DNA of 24,275 bases, from the IMG/VR virus record IMGVR_UViG_3300046030_000041; one strand, given 5' to 3'. Source of the DNA: an uncultured virus (IMG/VR IMGVR_UViG_3300046030_000041) (taxonomy: Duplodnaviria > Heunggongvirae > Uroviricota > Caudoviricetes). Made by a program: the position numbers and the translations under genes. Positions 1 through 8,840 of the stretch are shown here, one piece after another (position 1 is the stretch's first letter; every line of letters begins with the position of its first letter). The notes under the pieces are model-generated. The model was not told where the DNA came from and did no database searches. It saw only the letters and a program-made list of their open reading frames with translations.

Positions 1-1
1 A

Positions 2-790
2 TTCAAAGAAGTTCAAATTTTAGCATCTCAAGGAGCCTGCCATGCCCAGGACTATTTGGGATGGTGCTATTCCAGGGGAATTTTTGTTGCCGAGTCACAA
101 ATCCAGGCAATCAAATGGTTTAGGCGGGGAGCCGCCCAGAGATATGCCGCTGCCCAGAATCATTTGGGGGAAATGTATATCCGATGTATGGGGAACTACT
201 TTTTAGATGATGATTCTTTAGAAGAGAGAATGGGAAAGGCGAAATGGAGAAATAAGGCACTCCTGCAATACTATCAGGCTGCCGCCCAAGAGTATGCACC
301 AGCACAGCACAATATCGGCTGGGAACTCCTTTGGGGAAATGACCCCTTTCATTTGGAAAACACGGATCCTGCGGAGTGGTTTCAAAAAGCAGCCGAACAG
401 GGATTGGTTGAAGCCCAGGAATTCCTAGGCATCTGGTTTTCTGACGAGGGAAATGACTTCCCGTTTGAGCAAGCGATGGAGTGGTTGGAAACAGCCGCCC
501 TTCGCGGAGCGGCACTGGCTCAATATGCTTTGGGGGAACGGTATGAAGAGGGAGACGGATTTCCCCAATCCTATACGTCGGCAGCCTATTGGTTCCAGCA
601 GGCGGCATCCCAAGGAGAAGAATGTGCACAATATCGGCTGGGAATCCTCTACGATAAAGGACGGGGAGTCCCTCAGTCTGATGAAAAAGCGCTGTACTGG
701 CTGCATAAAGCGGAGGCACAGGGATTTAGAGAGGCGCACGATTATCTCATGATAAAATTACAAGAGCAATGTAATTTTTCAAAAAAATAG
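2..790 (+). CDS. Sel1/TPR-like repeat protein, 5'-truncated by the window edge
   Basis: The frame is open from position 2 (FKEVQILASQGACHAQDYLGWCY...), so the TTG at 56 is not the true start. It has multiple Sel1 repeats (AQDYLGWCYSRG, AQNHLGEMY, AQYALGERYEEGDG...AAYWFQQAASQG, AQYRLGILYDKGRGVPQSDEKALYWLHKA). Confidence 0.9.
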   Translation, partial: FKEVQILASQGACHAQDYLGWCYSRGIFVAESQIQAIKWFRRGAAQRYAAAQNHLGEMYIRCMGNYFLDDDSLEERMGKAKWRNKALLQYYQAAAQEYAPAQHNIGWELLWGNDPFHLENTDPAEWFQKAAEQGLVEAQEFLGIWFSDEGNDFPFEQAMEWLETAALRGAALAQYALGERYEEGDGFPQSYTSAAYWFQQAASQGEECAQYRLGILYDKGRGVPQSDEKALYWLHKAEAQGFREAHDYLMIKLQEQCNFSKK

Positions 791-823
791 TGAAGAATAT
801 TTATGTTCATTTAAAAAGGAAAT

Positions 824-1426
824 ATGGATATGGATGCAAAAGATTTTTTTGGTACGTTCCTAAAAGCAATCGAGCAGAATCGAAACTATGAAGGACGGGA
901 TTTATTTGATATTTATAAATACAATGCAGAATACACATCTGTAATTATAAAAATCATAAATGAAATCATCAAAGAGACAGGCTGTACACCTCAAAACGAA
1001 TACTTCAGGATTGATGCAGTAGGATGGACCTCCCATTCTCAGGATATGAAAAAGGAGGCTGAAGAAGCCGGTATTGATTTGAAACCACACCTGTGGGATT
1101 TGAAAATTGCCATTGAGCATGAGAACGACAAGCGTGCCTGGTCAGATGAAGTGATGAAATTAATCCATGTAAAATGTCCATTAAAAATTGTCATTGCCTA
1201 TAATTATTCTGATGAGCGAGGAGAAAAAGAGCAAAAAAAATTGGATTTCCTGGCTAATCAGATGACGAAAATTGAGGCTTTTTCCATAGGGGAAAGAAAA
1301 GAACAGTACTTGATCATCCTTGGAAACGGATGCAATCATAAAACAGGGGAGGCGGACTACGGAGATTTTGGCTATAGGGGTTATTTGTACGACTGGGAAG
1401 ATAAAAAATTTAAAAAGTTGGATTGA
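824..1426 (+). CDS. Hypothetical protein, possible PD-(D/E)XK restriction-endonuclease-like fold
   Basis: 200-aa ORF with RBS AAAAGGA upstream. AT-rich (10/60 G+C in 901-960). The motif E-YFRID-AVGW...KIAIEHEN resembles a D...(E)x(E/K) nuclease active site. The gene call is solid; the function is tentative. Confidence 0.7.
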   Translation: MDMDAKDFFGTFLKAIEQNRNYEGRDLFDIYKYNAEYTSVIIKIINEIIKETGCTPQNEYFRIDAVGWTSHSQDMKKEAEEAGIDLKPHLWDLKIAIEHENDKRAWSDEVMKLIHVKCPLKIVIAYNYSDERGEKEQKKLDFLANQMTKIEAFSIGERKEQYLIILGNGCNHKTGEADYGDFGYRGYLYDWEDKKFKKLD

Positions 1427-1430
1427 GTAA

Positions 1431-1482
1431 TCCTGGAAGGGTCCAGGACATGGATTGCTAAAAAGGGAAGTTCTGCCCTTTT
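1431..1482. terminator. Two hairpins after the orphan gene; probable (bidirectional) terminator
   Basis: TCCTGGA-aggg-TCCAGGA (1431-1448) and AAAAGGG-aagttctg-CCCTTTT (1461-1482). Confidence 0.45.
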
Positions 1483-1538
1483 CAATCGGATGTTTGTCAG
1501 AAAGATAGAATAAAAGAGAAAAAATAGTCATTTCCGTG

Positions 1539-1584
1539 TATAATAAATTTATCTGCTATGAATAAACAAAAATGAAGGTGAGGA
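1539..1584 (+). promoter_or_regulatory. Putative sigma-A -10 box and RBS of the zor operon
   Basis: Perfect TATAAT at 1539-1544 in AT-rich DNA, and AAGGTGAGGA upstream of ATG 1592. No convincing -35 was found. Confidence 0.4.
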
Positions 1585-1591
1585 AATTTTC

Positions 1592-3442
1592 ATGGGGAAT
1601 TGGCTGTCTTGGATTTCAGATTTTTTCTATTTATTATTTATTATAGGTGCAGGTTTCTGTTTTCGTTGGTTTTTCAGAATCAGTAAAGCTGGTTCTTCTG
1701 TGGAACAGATTATTTCTGTTTTACAGAATTATTCTCGGGAATCCATCAGGGAAAATTACGGCAATCTTCAGGCAGAAATGGGGCAGGCCCCGTATGATTC
1801 GATTTGGAAGAAATTTGAACGGACGCTGTTTAAAAGTAAAGCAGAAGGGGTGCTGATGACCCAGGACCCGGAGGCTTTTTATAACGACCGGACTTTGCTG
1901 GAGAACCTGCCTTTGGATCTGTTTCGCGCCATACCGGGAATCTTTACCGGCTTGGGGCTTTTGGGAACTTTTGCCGGAATCACCGTGGGTATCAGCGGCA
2001 TCGACCTGGGCAATGTAGAAACCATGAAAAGCGGGATTGAAGTCCTGCTCAGCGGGACGAAGACGGCCTTCCTGACTTCTGTGGTCGGCCTTATCCTGGC
2101 ACTGGGGTACAACCTCCTTGATAACTGGATCTACCGCCCTTACACCAAAAAACTGGCCACTCTGATCGATCAGCTCAATACCCTTTTCCCTTCCAAGAGT
2201 CTGGAAGAATTCTTGTCCAATCAGGCGGAACAGGCGGAAGAACAGACGGATGCCATGCGAGAACTGAATGGGGAACTGGTGGGCCGTCTGGAAGACATGT
2301 TTGTAAAGCTCAGCCAGAGTATCGATGTGGCGCTGAAAAATAATCTGACGGAATCCTTTACCAACAGTCTGGAACCGGTATTCCAGGATTTGAACCAGTC
2401 CATTGACAAACTGGGTTCCAGCGCCGGGGATACCCTGTCCAAATCCATTGAACAGGGGGCCGGGGACCAGATCCAGGGCCTGGCTGTGACCCTCCAGGAT
2501 TTCCAGGGGAAAATGGGCAATATGATGGAAGTCTCTGAACGGCTGAATGCGGAAAATACCGCTCGGCTCCAGGGGTCTGTAGAGATGATGGTGACCAAGC
2601 TGAACGAAGCCATGGACGCCAATATCCAGAAACAGGCCACTACCAGCGATGCCAGTCAGGCGGCTATGAAGCAGTTGGTGGAAGAGATGAACACCAATCT
2701 GAAAGCAGCTCTGGATCAGATGGTGGAAGCTGGCCGGACAGCCAACCAGGCCTTGCTCCAGACTACGGAAGCCACCAAGGGAACCATCCAGGAGATTACT
2801 GACACCATGAGCCAGAGCACCCGGACCCAGAGAGACGAAATGATCCAGGTGACAGCCAATATGAAAGAATCCGTTTTGGAAGTGCTGAAACAGCTCCAGA
2901 CCGATATGCAGGAACGGAACCGTACCATGGATTCTTACATGTCCGGGCTGAAGGAAATGCTGGGGCACAACCGGGAAATCATGGCTTCGGCAGGGAAAAC
3001 TGCGGACAAATTTGCCCAGGCCAGCACGCCCATGCAGAAAGTGGCGGATACGCTGGGCAGCCAGCTGAACCTGGTGGTCAGCGCCAGCAATCAGTTCAAC
3101 AGCCATGTGGACCAGAATGTCCAGAAACTGGTCCTGGCCAGCCAGAGCAGTCAGAAAGATCTGGAACTGATCCGGGATTCCATGAGTACCATGCGCAGCG
3201 CCTGGGAAAACTATCAGCAGACTTTCCAGGGGGTAAGCCGGGAAATGCGGGAAGCTACGGATACGTTGGCCCGAACTCTGGAACAGTACAATACTTCTAC
3301 CAGCAAATGGCTGTCTGAAACTCTTGGCCAGTACGACAAGAGCATCAAAGAGGCCATGGATTCTGTGTCTATCATCAACAAGAGTCTGAGTGATTCCATC
3401 CAGGATCTGTCCGATGCCATGGACAAGAACAGACGGCACTAA
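1592..3442 (+). CDS. zorA: Zorya protein ZorA (MotA/ExbB-like membrane domain plus long helical tail)
   Basis: N-terminal TM helix, MotA/TolQ/ExbB-type TM motifs PGIFTGLGLLGTFAGI and TAFLTSVVGLILAL, then ~400 aa of Q/M/S/T/A-rich heptad-like helical tail. It lies directly upstream of a MotB/OmpA gene. Confidence 0.92.
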   Translation: MGNWLSWISDFFYLLFIIGAGFCFRWFFRISKAGSSVEQIISVLQNYSRESIRENYGNLQAEMGQAPYDSIWKKFERTLFKSKAEGVLMTQDPEAFYNDRTLLENLPLDLFRAIPGIFTGLGLLGTFAGITVGISGIDLGNVETMKSGIEVLLSGTKTAFLTSVVGLILALGYNLLDNWIYRPYTKKLATLIDQLNTLFPSKSLEEFLSNQAEQAEEQTDAMRELNGELVGRLEDMFVKLSQSIDVALKNNLTESFTNSLEPVFQDLNQSIDKLGSSAGDTLSKSIEQGAGDQIQGLAVTLQDFQGKMGNMMEVSERLNAENTARLQGSVEMMVTKLNEAMDANIQKQATTSDASQAAMKQLVEEMNTNLKAALDQMVEAGRTANQALLQTTEATKGTIQEITDTMSQSTRTQRDEMIQVTANMKESVLEVLKQLQTDMQERNRTMDSYMSGLKEMLGHNREIMASAGKTADKFAQASTPMQKVADTLGSQLNLVVSASNQFNSHVDQNVQKLVLASQSSQKDLELIRDSMSTMRSAWENYQQTFQGVSREMREATDTLARTLEQYNTSTSKWLSETLGQYDKSIKEAMDSVSIINKSLSDSIQDLSDAMDKNRRH

Positions 3443-3454
3443 GGAGAAACCTGA

Positions 3455-4162
3455 ATGTGGAAGAAAAAGAAAGAAGAAAAAGCCCAACAGAGCGGTGATG
3501 CTTTTACCACTTCTGTCAGTGACCTGATGGCAGGGCTCCTGAGTATCTTTATCCTGGCTCTGTGCTATTTCATGCTGAATTTCGAGACGGTGACTAACAA
3601 ATATACCGGGAATACGGAATTGCGGAATCAGCTGCTGAAGGATGTGGGGAAGGACCTCCAGGCCCAAGGCCTCCAGGTGAGGATTGACACCAAGCAGGGG
3701 GTGCTGCGGATCCCGGAAAGTGTGCTGTTTGAATCTGGGGAAGCCAATATCAAAGAACAGGGGCAGGCAGCGGTCAGCAAGCTGAGCCAGTCCCTGCTGA
3801 AAACCATGACCCGGCCGGAATATCGGGAAGCCCTGGAAACGGTCTTTATCGAAGGCCATACGGACAATGTGCCCATCCACAACGAATTTTTCCAATCCAA
3901 CTGGGAGCTTTCCACCCAGCGGGCCATCAACACCTGGAATTTGATGCGGAACGATGTACCGGAATTCAACTGGCTGGTGAATCCCCGGGGAGAACCTATC
4001 TTCTCCTGTTCTGGCTATGCGGAAACCCGGCCTGTCCGGGAAAATGGTCTGGATCCCAATTCAGAGGCGGGACGGGCCGCCAATCGGCGGATCGATATCC
4101 GGTTTGTTATGATGCCGCCCCAGGATCCTGGGGAAAAGCCTTCCGGAGGCAGCCATGGATAA
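3455..4162 (+). CDS. zorB: Zorya protein ZorB (MotB/OmpA peptidoglycan-binding)
   Basis: TM segment with conserved Asp (SVSDLMAGLLSIFILAL), OmpA-like motifs VLFESGEA, IEGHTD, NWELSTQRA and NRRIDIRF. RBS AAGGAG. Confidence 0.95.
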   Translation: MWKKKKEEKAQQSGDAFTTSVSDLMAGLLSIFILALCYFMLNFETVTNKYTGNTELRNQLLKDVGKDLQAQGLQVRIDTKQGVLRIPESVLFESGEANIKEQGQAAVSKLSQSLLKTMTRPEYREALETVFIEGHTDNVPIHNEFFQSNWELSTQRAINTWNLMRNDVPEFNWLVNPRGEPIFSCSGYAETRPVRENGLDPNSEAGRAANRRIDIRFVMMPPQDPGEKPSGGSHG

Positions 4163-5558
4163 GTCGTTGCTGCACAGCCTGGAACGGCTGAAATCTTTCA
4201 AAATCCGCCTGCCTGATGTATGTCTGCATCCAGGTAGGCCCGTGGAACTGGAAAAATGGATAAAAAAGACCGTATCCAGCTCCTGCAGCCGGCCAGCCCT
4301 GGATCCGGTGACCATGGAAGAGCTGTATGCCAAGGTGAAAAATCAGGAAAAGAACCGGAAAGTGGTGCTGGACTTGAGACGGGAAATCCCTTTTCTGCCG
4401 GTGCTGCTCACCCGGGACAGGAAGGAAAAGCCCCGCTTTTATGAAGTACTGCTCCAGGACATCCTGCAGGCCATAGGGAATGGGGTTCGTCGTTCCGTCC
4501 GGCGGAATACCTTCCGAAATCTGGTATTTGCTTATTTTACTGTATACGGACAGCCATACAAGGGAGAACGGCTGCAGAAATGCATTTCTCTTTTCCTTCA
4601 GAAAGACCCAGAACTGTTGAAGTCGGTGCTGTATCTCCGGAACCGGAAGCAACTGCTGAAACCCAATGGCCATAAGCTGCTGACCCGGGAAATCCAGAAC
4701 CGGCGGAGTTTCCATAAAGCATTGGAAGAATTCTGCTGGCCTGTGAACCTGTGGTATGGGGCATTTGCCCAGTGGGCTGTCAAGGATTTTTTCCAGCTGG
4801 AGGAAGAGGACGACTGGGATGACCTGTTCGGCGTATTGAAAGAAATCTGTGAGGACAAGGCCTGTGAGAATATGGTCCCTTTTGCTGCCGAAAAGATAAT
4901 TTACCTGACGGACCGGTCCAGTGACGGAAATCGGGAAAAAGAAGTACGGATCCTGCTGCTACAGGCGCTGGGAGATCCCCGGGACCCGGGGTCTAGGCTG
5001 AACTGGGTGGATGTGGATGAAAAGGCCCAGGAGATTTTCCTGGCCTGGCTGAAAAAGAACGATCTGAACCTGTTCTTTACCATTATTTCCAAGACAGTAC
5101 GGCAGGTTGCCACATCGGAAAACATGTGGAAATACCGTAAAAGTTTTTGGGAAAAATATCTGGATGCCATGTACTATACCAGGGTATTTCTGGGGCCCGA
5201 AGCAGAACAGATTGCCAGGCAGATGGATCTGGCCAAACAGGGTATGGGCTTTGGACGGTTGAACGGTTCCGGAGATTCCCTGAGGAGTCTGCTGATGTTC
5301 AGTATTGGGGATTACGTTTTTATTGAGGCCAGCCACAATGGCAAACTGAGAGTTTGGAAAAGAGGAAAAGAGCCTCTGCCTTTTTATCAGGCAAAATATA
5401 CTTATAAAGGATTTTCTTATACGGACGTTACACAGGCTTCCAATATTGAGGAAGAATTCGTCCATTCCAGTTCAGAAACCGGTTCCTGGCAGCGGAAGGT
5501 CAATGACTGGGTTCGGAGACACTGCGGGGTACGGCCCAAAGAAAGCCGATGGAGGTAG
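4155..5558 (+). CDS. zorC: Zorya protein ZorC (EH-signature domain)
   Basis: Overlaps zorB by 8 nt with RBS GGAGG. Motifs LGDPR...W, DLNLFF, RKSFWEKY, FIEASHNG (E) and FVHSS...WQRK (H) are typical of the EH_Signature domain. Confidence 0.9.
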   Translation: MDKSLLHSLERLKSFKIRLPDVCLHPGRPVELEKWIKKTVSSSCSRPALDPVTMEELYAKVKNQEKNRKVVLDLRREIPFLPVLLTRDRKEKPRFYEVLLQDILQAIGNGVRRSVRRNTFRNLVFAYFTVYGQPYKGERLQKCISLFLQKDPELLKSVLYLRNRKQLLKPNGHKLLTREIQNRRSFHKALEEFCWPVNLWYGAFAQWAVKDFFQLEEEDDWDDLFGVLKEICEDKACENMVPFAAEKIIYLTDRSSDGNREKEVRILLLQALGDPRDPGSRLNWVDVDEKAQEIFLAWLKKNDLNLFFTIISKTVRQVATSENMWKYRKSFWEKYLDAMYYTRVFLGPEAEQIARQMDLAKQGMGFGRLNGSGDSLRSLLMFSIGDYVFIEASHNGKLRVWKRGKEPLPFYQAKYTYKGFSYTDVTQASNIEEEFVHSSSETGSWQRKVNDWVRRHCGVRPKESRWR

Positions 5559-5562
5559 AATA

Positions 5563-8481
5563 ATGACCAACCACCGTTTTTGGACAGCACAAGAGAACGG
5601 ATATTTTTACCCTTGTGTTCAAACAGAATCTACAGGAGACTGGCCGCTGATACAGGGACAATTGGAAATCCTGGTTTCTGAAGGAAAAGTGGAGGAGAAA
5701 ACAGATGGATTCCTGCTGCCCCATGGACAGGCCGTGGAACTGGATCCGGAAATTTCAGAAATCCTGGAACTGCCGGATTGTTTTCCTTATGGCATCACTC
5801 TCCGCAGCCACGGCAGTCTGGGTTCTCCGTCCTTCCGCTATGACCTGGAATACCAGCGACCAGACGGGACTCCTTTTTATGGAATCAGGGTGTTGGGGTC
5901 TTATGTGGAACTGAGCCGGGAAACCTGTTACCGGTTCAGCAGGGACCAGTATGAATTGGTGAACCTGGTGGAAGAAAGCAACCGGGAAAGCCAGCAGATT
6001 AAGAACAGAGGGGAACTGAGCCAGTACAATACCCTCCAACTGGCTCGAATCAAAGAGAGAGCGGAAAAAATCCACGCCACCCTGGACCGGTTCATGGGAC
6101 GGCAGAAAATCGTTACAGCGGATAAACTTTCTGTGCGATTGGAAAAAAATCCGGACGGATCTTTTTCCGTACTGCCGGTGCTGCTTCGGAAAGAGGGGGA
6201 TTCCTATACCCGGATGGAAGCCGATTCTCTGGAGCAGGGATTCCGGAGCAATCCGTACAATACCGGAAAAATCTATGGACCGGACAAGACCCAGTATGTT
6301 TTTACTCCGGAACAGGAAGAAGGCATCCGGCAGATGCGCCGGTGTCAGCGGCTGTCTCCGGAGGCGGCTCGGCAGGTAGCAGAACACCCTCGGGAAATCT
6401 TTGGTTCAGATGCTTTCGATTTTGATCTGGGAGTCTATGGGGACCGGGTGGTCTCCATTGGAGAATTTCTGGCTCCAGATTTGCCTTTTTCCCTGAGTTC
6501 CGGGCGGAACTGGCTGCCTCCGGAAGGAGCCGGCATGGAAGCTTCTGCTGCCCGGGACAAGGTCGGGGGCAATTATACCAGCCTTGCACTGGATGAAAAA
6601 GATTATCCCGAACTGTTCCTGAAGGTCAGCGATGCTCTGGACCGGGGAGAAAAGCGGATTGTTGTTGGAGACCAGGAAGTTGAACTGACACCGGGTTTTC
6701 TGGCCTATGTGGACCAGCTTAAGGCAAAGGCTGGGGAAAAGCAAGAGAAACAGAACCAGGAACCGGAAGCCGCTGGTGAAAAGAAAAAAGAAGCGTCTCT
6801 CCAGATCCAGGAGAATTTCCTTTCCCAGGAATATCGTTCCCGGAAAGCGGCACGGGAGAAACGGCTGGGGTCCAACCGGCTGGGGGATTACCTGGGTCAG
6901 GGCCTGAAACCAGGCATCCGTCCCATGCCTCACCAACAGGTGGGAATGGAGCAGTTAGCGGTCTGTTGGGAACATGGTTGTCATGGAGTCCTGCTGGCGG
7001 ATGATATGGGGCTGGGGAAAACGCTCCAGGCTTTTGGATTCCTGGCAGCCCTGAAAAAAGCCTATGGAAACAGTGACATGGCATCGGTACTGATTGTGGC
7101 CCCGGTTTCTCTGCTTCAGAACTGGATGGAAGAGTACAGGAAATTTTTGGCAGAAGGGTTGTTTGATGGAATTGTGCCCATGTATGGGAGCGAACTGAAG
7201 AAACACTGGGCCAGGAATCCGGACGGGAGCCGCTGTTATTTTCGGCCCCCGGACCCCAATCTGAAAGAAGTTTCCATGTTGGATTTTCAGGACCGGGAAA
7301 ATCGGATCGATTACAGTCGGAACCATCTGATCCTGACCACCTATGAAACCCTTCGGGAACTGCAGCTTTCTTTTGGACGGGTGGCCTGGAGTGTCATGAT
7401 CCTGGATGAAGCCCAGAAAATCAAGAATCCGGCCACCCGGACTTCTGTTGCGGCACGGGCCATGAACTGCGATTTTGGACTGGCACTGACAGGGACTCCT
7501 GTGGAAAATTCCTGGACGGATCTGTGGACCATCATGGATTTTGTGGAACCAGGCAAATTGGAATCTCTGAAAGATTTCAACAGTCATTATCAGCATCAGC
7601 TGCAGAATGTGGAAAACAAGGGGAAACTGTTGAAAGAACTGGGTGACCAGCTGCGGAAGAATCTGGATCCCTGTTTTATCCGGCGGCTGAAAGAAGATGT
7701 AAATCTGGGGCTGCCTGCCAAAGAAATCCTCCGGTTCAAGGATTCCATGCCGGAAGAACAGCGGAAACTGTATGGGGAAGTAGTCCGGGAAGCACGGGAA
7801 GGGCAGGGAGATAAATCCATCACCATGCTCCAGGCCATTGCCCGGCTCCGGGATATTTCTCTCTGTCCCAGTCTTGGAGCCGGCGGGAATGTAAAGAAAT
7901 ATACTTTGGGTGATCCGGAGCATTTCTTTGGCTCCTCTGCCAGACTGATGCGGACAAGGAAAATCCTGGATGAAGTGAGAGAGAAAGGGGAAAAAGCCCT
8001 GATCTTTGTGGAAAGCCGGAAAATTCAGCTGCTGCTCCGGACTTTTCTGGAACAAATCTACAAAATCCAGATGCAGCCTCCCATTAACGGGACCACACAG
8101 GCTGTGGCCCGGCAGAAAATGGTGGATCAGTTCAATCGGGCACCAGGGTTCCAGGTGCTGCTGCTGTCTCCGGAGGCTGCCGGTGTGGGGCTGAACATCA
8201 TCGGAGCCAATCATGTGATCCATCTCAGCCGCTGCTGGAACCCGGCCAAAGAAGACCAGGCCACGGACCGGGCTTACCGGATCGGACAGAAAAAAGCGGT
8301 GACCGTCTATCTCCCCATGGCTGTGGATACGGATTTCCCGGAAGATGCATCCTTTGATCTGAACCTGGATGCCCTGCTCCAGTACAAACGGGATTTGAGC
8401 CGAAGCGCACTGTATCCTACAGAGGCCAGTGAAGAAAATGCTGTAGCCATGCTGAAACGGATTGAAGAGGCGGCAGGGTGA
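5563..8481 (+). CDS. zorD: Zorya protein ZorD (SNF2/SWI2 helicase-ATPase), with no obvious C-terminal Mrr nuclease
   Basis: Start reassigned to ATG 5563 (RBS GGAGGT at 5551-5556), giving 972 aa. Walker A LADDMGLGKT, Walker B ILDEAQKIKN, motif III LTGTPVEN, motif V AAGVGLNI, motif VI QATDRAYRIGQ. It is the fourth gene of the zor operon. Confidence 0.9.
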   Translation: MTNHRFWTAQENGYFYPCVQTESTGDWPLIQGQLEILVSEGKVEEKTDGFLLPHGQAVELDPEISEILELPDCFPYGITLRSHGSLGSPSFRYDLEYQRPDGTPFYGIRVLGSYVELSRETCYRFSRDQYELVNLVEESNRESQQIKNRGELSQYNTLQLARIKERAEKIHATLDRFMGRQKIVTADKLSVRLEKNPDGSFSVLPVLLRKEGDSYTRMEADSLEQGFRSNPYNTGKIYGPDKTQYVFTPEQEEGIRQMRRCQRLSPEAARQVAEHPREIFGSDAFDFDLGVYGDRVVSIGEFLAPDLPFSLSSGRNWLPPEGAGMEASAARDKVGGNYTSLALDEKDYPELFLKVSDALDRGEKRIVVGDQEVELTPGFLAYVDQLKAKAGEKQEKQNQEPEAAGEKKKEASLQIQENFLSQEYRSRKAAREKRLGSNRLGDYLGQGLKPGIRPMPHQQVGMEQLAVCWEHGCHGVLLADDMGLGKTLQAFGFLAALKKAYGNSDMASVLIVAPVSLLQNWMEEYRKFLAEGLFDGIVPMYGSELKKHWARNPDGSRCYFRPPDPNLKEVSMLDFQDRENRIDYSRNHLILTTYETLRELQLSFGRVAWSVMILDEAQKIKNPATRTSVAARAMNCDFGLALTGTPVENSWTDLWTIMDFVEPGKLESLKDFNSHYQHQLQNVENKGKLLKELGDQLRKNLDPCFIRRLKEDVNLGLPAKEILRFKDSMPEEQRKLYGEVVREAREGQGDKSITMLQAIARLRDISLCPSLGAGGNVKKYTLGDPEHFFGSSARLMRTRKILDEVREKGEKALIFVESRKIQLLLRTFLEQIYKIQMQPPINGTTQAVARQKMVDQFNRAPGFQVLLLSPEAAGVGLNIIGANHVIHLSRCWNPAKEDQATDRAYRIGQKKAVTVYLPMAVDTDFPEDASFDLNLDALLQYKRDLSRSALYPTEASEENAVAMLKRIEEAAG

Positions 8482-8620
8482 AAAGCGGCGGCCGGGAAGG
8501 GCGGGACATCGGCTCGCTTTTACGCCGTTGTAATCGAACGCTCGATCTAACGGTCACAGGAACGGATTTTTTGACAACCCCGTTTCTCTGATTTTCTGTT
8601 GCATCTCTGACCCCAACGTG

Positions 8621-8659
8621 GTAGGGGCTGCCCGCAGGGAAGCCCTTCCCTGGCCGCCC
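8621..8659 (+). repeat. REP-like palindrome starting with GTAG
   Basis: GTAG-GGGCTGCC-cgc-AGGGAA-gccc-TTCCCT-GGCCGCCC: a GTAG tetranucleotide followed by an imperfect GC-rich stem, the layout of GTAG-family REP elements. Only one copy is in the window. Confidence 0.4.
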
Positions 8660-8673
8660 GGCAGGGCTCTTGT

Positions 8674-8717
8674 AAGACGTCAGATGCGGCCCCAAGGGCC
8701 AGTCTGACGTCTTTTTT
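8674..8717 (+). terminator. Intrinsic terminator downstream of the zor operon
   Basis: AAGACGTCAGA...GGCCC-caa-GGGCC...TCTGACGTCTT (perfect 11-bp outer stem, 5-bp inner stem) running into TTTT. Confidence 0.7.
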
Positions 8718-8744
8718 GTCCGCCTTTTTGGACAGGGGGTGGGG

Positions 8745-8830
8745 TATAATAAAATTAACGAAAAAGAGGCCCTGATTCTGTGATACAATAAAAATATCAC
8801 AAACAAGCACGCCAAATTATCCTAAAGGAG
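8745..8830 (+). promoter_or_regulatory. Putative hsdMSR promoter region with a palindromic operator-like site
   Basis: TATAAT at 8745-8750; extended -10 TGaTACAAT at 8781-8789 inside the inverted repeat TGTGATA-N9-TATCACA (8779-8801); RBS AAAGGAG at 8824-8830. Confidence 0.45.
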
Positions 8831-8840
8831 ATTCACAACG

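Noticed and set aside
3440..3457. zorA and zorB are in the same frame (possible readthrough fusion)
   Set aside because: TAA is followed by a second in-frame stop (TGA at 3452-3454), and zorB has its own RBS.
1721..3895. 724-aa ORF antisense to zorA/zorB
   Set aside because: Same in-register shadow-ORF effect; no motifs.
1592..4162. Flagellar stator motA/motB or methyl-accepting chemotaxis annotation
   Set aside because: The long tail and the operon with EH-signature and SNF2 genes identify Zorya; no flagellar genes are nearby.
5446..5562. N-terminal extension of ZorD in the ORF track
   Set aside because: It overlaps zorC; the RBS GGAGGT supports ATG 5563. Similar over-extended starts were corrected at 14775, 15414, 16965, 17865, 20273 and 20721.
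8571..8576. Perfect TTGACA -35 box
   Set aside because: There is no plausible -10 at 16-18 nt spacing, and it lies upstream of the terminator.
8417..8815. Minus-strand ORFs across the zorD-hsdM spacer
   Set aside because: No clear RBS or motifs; the region is better explained by hairpins and promoter elements.
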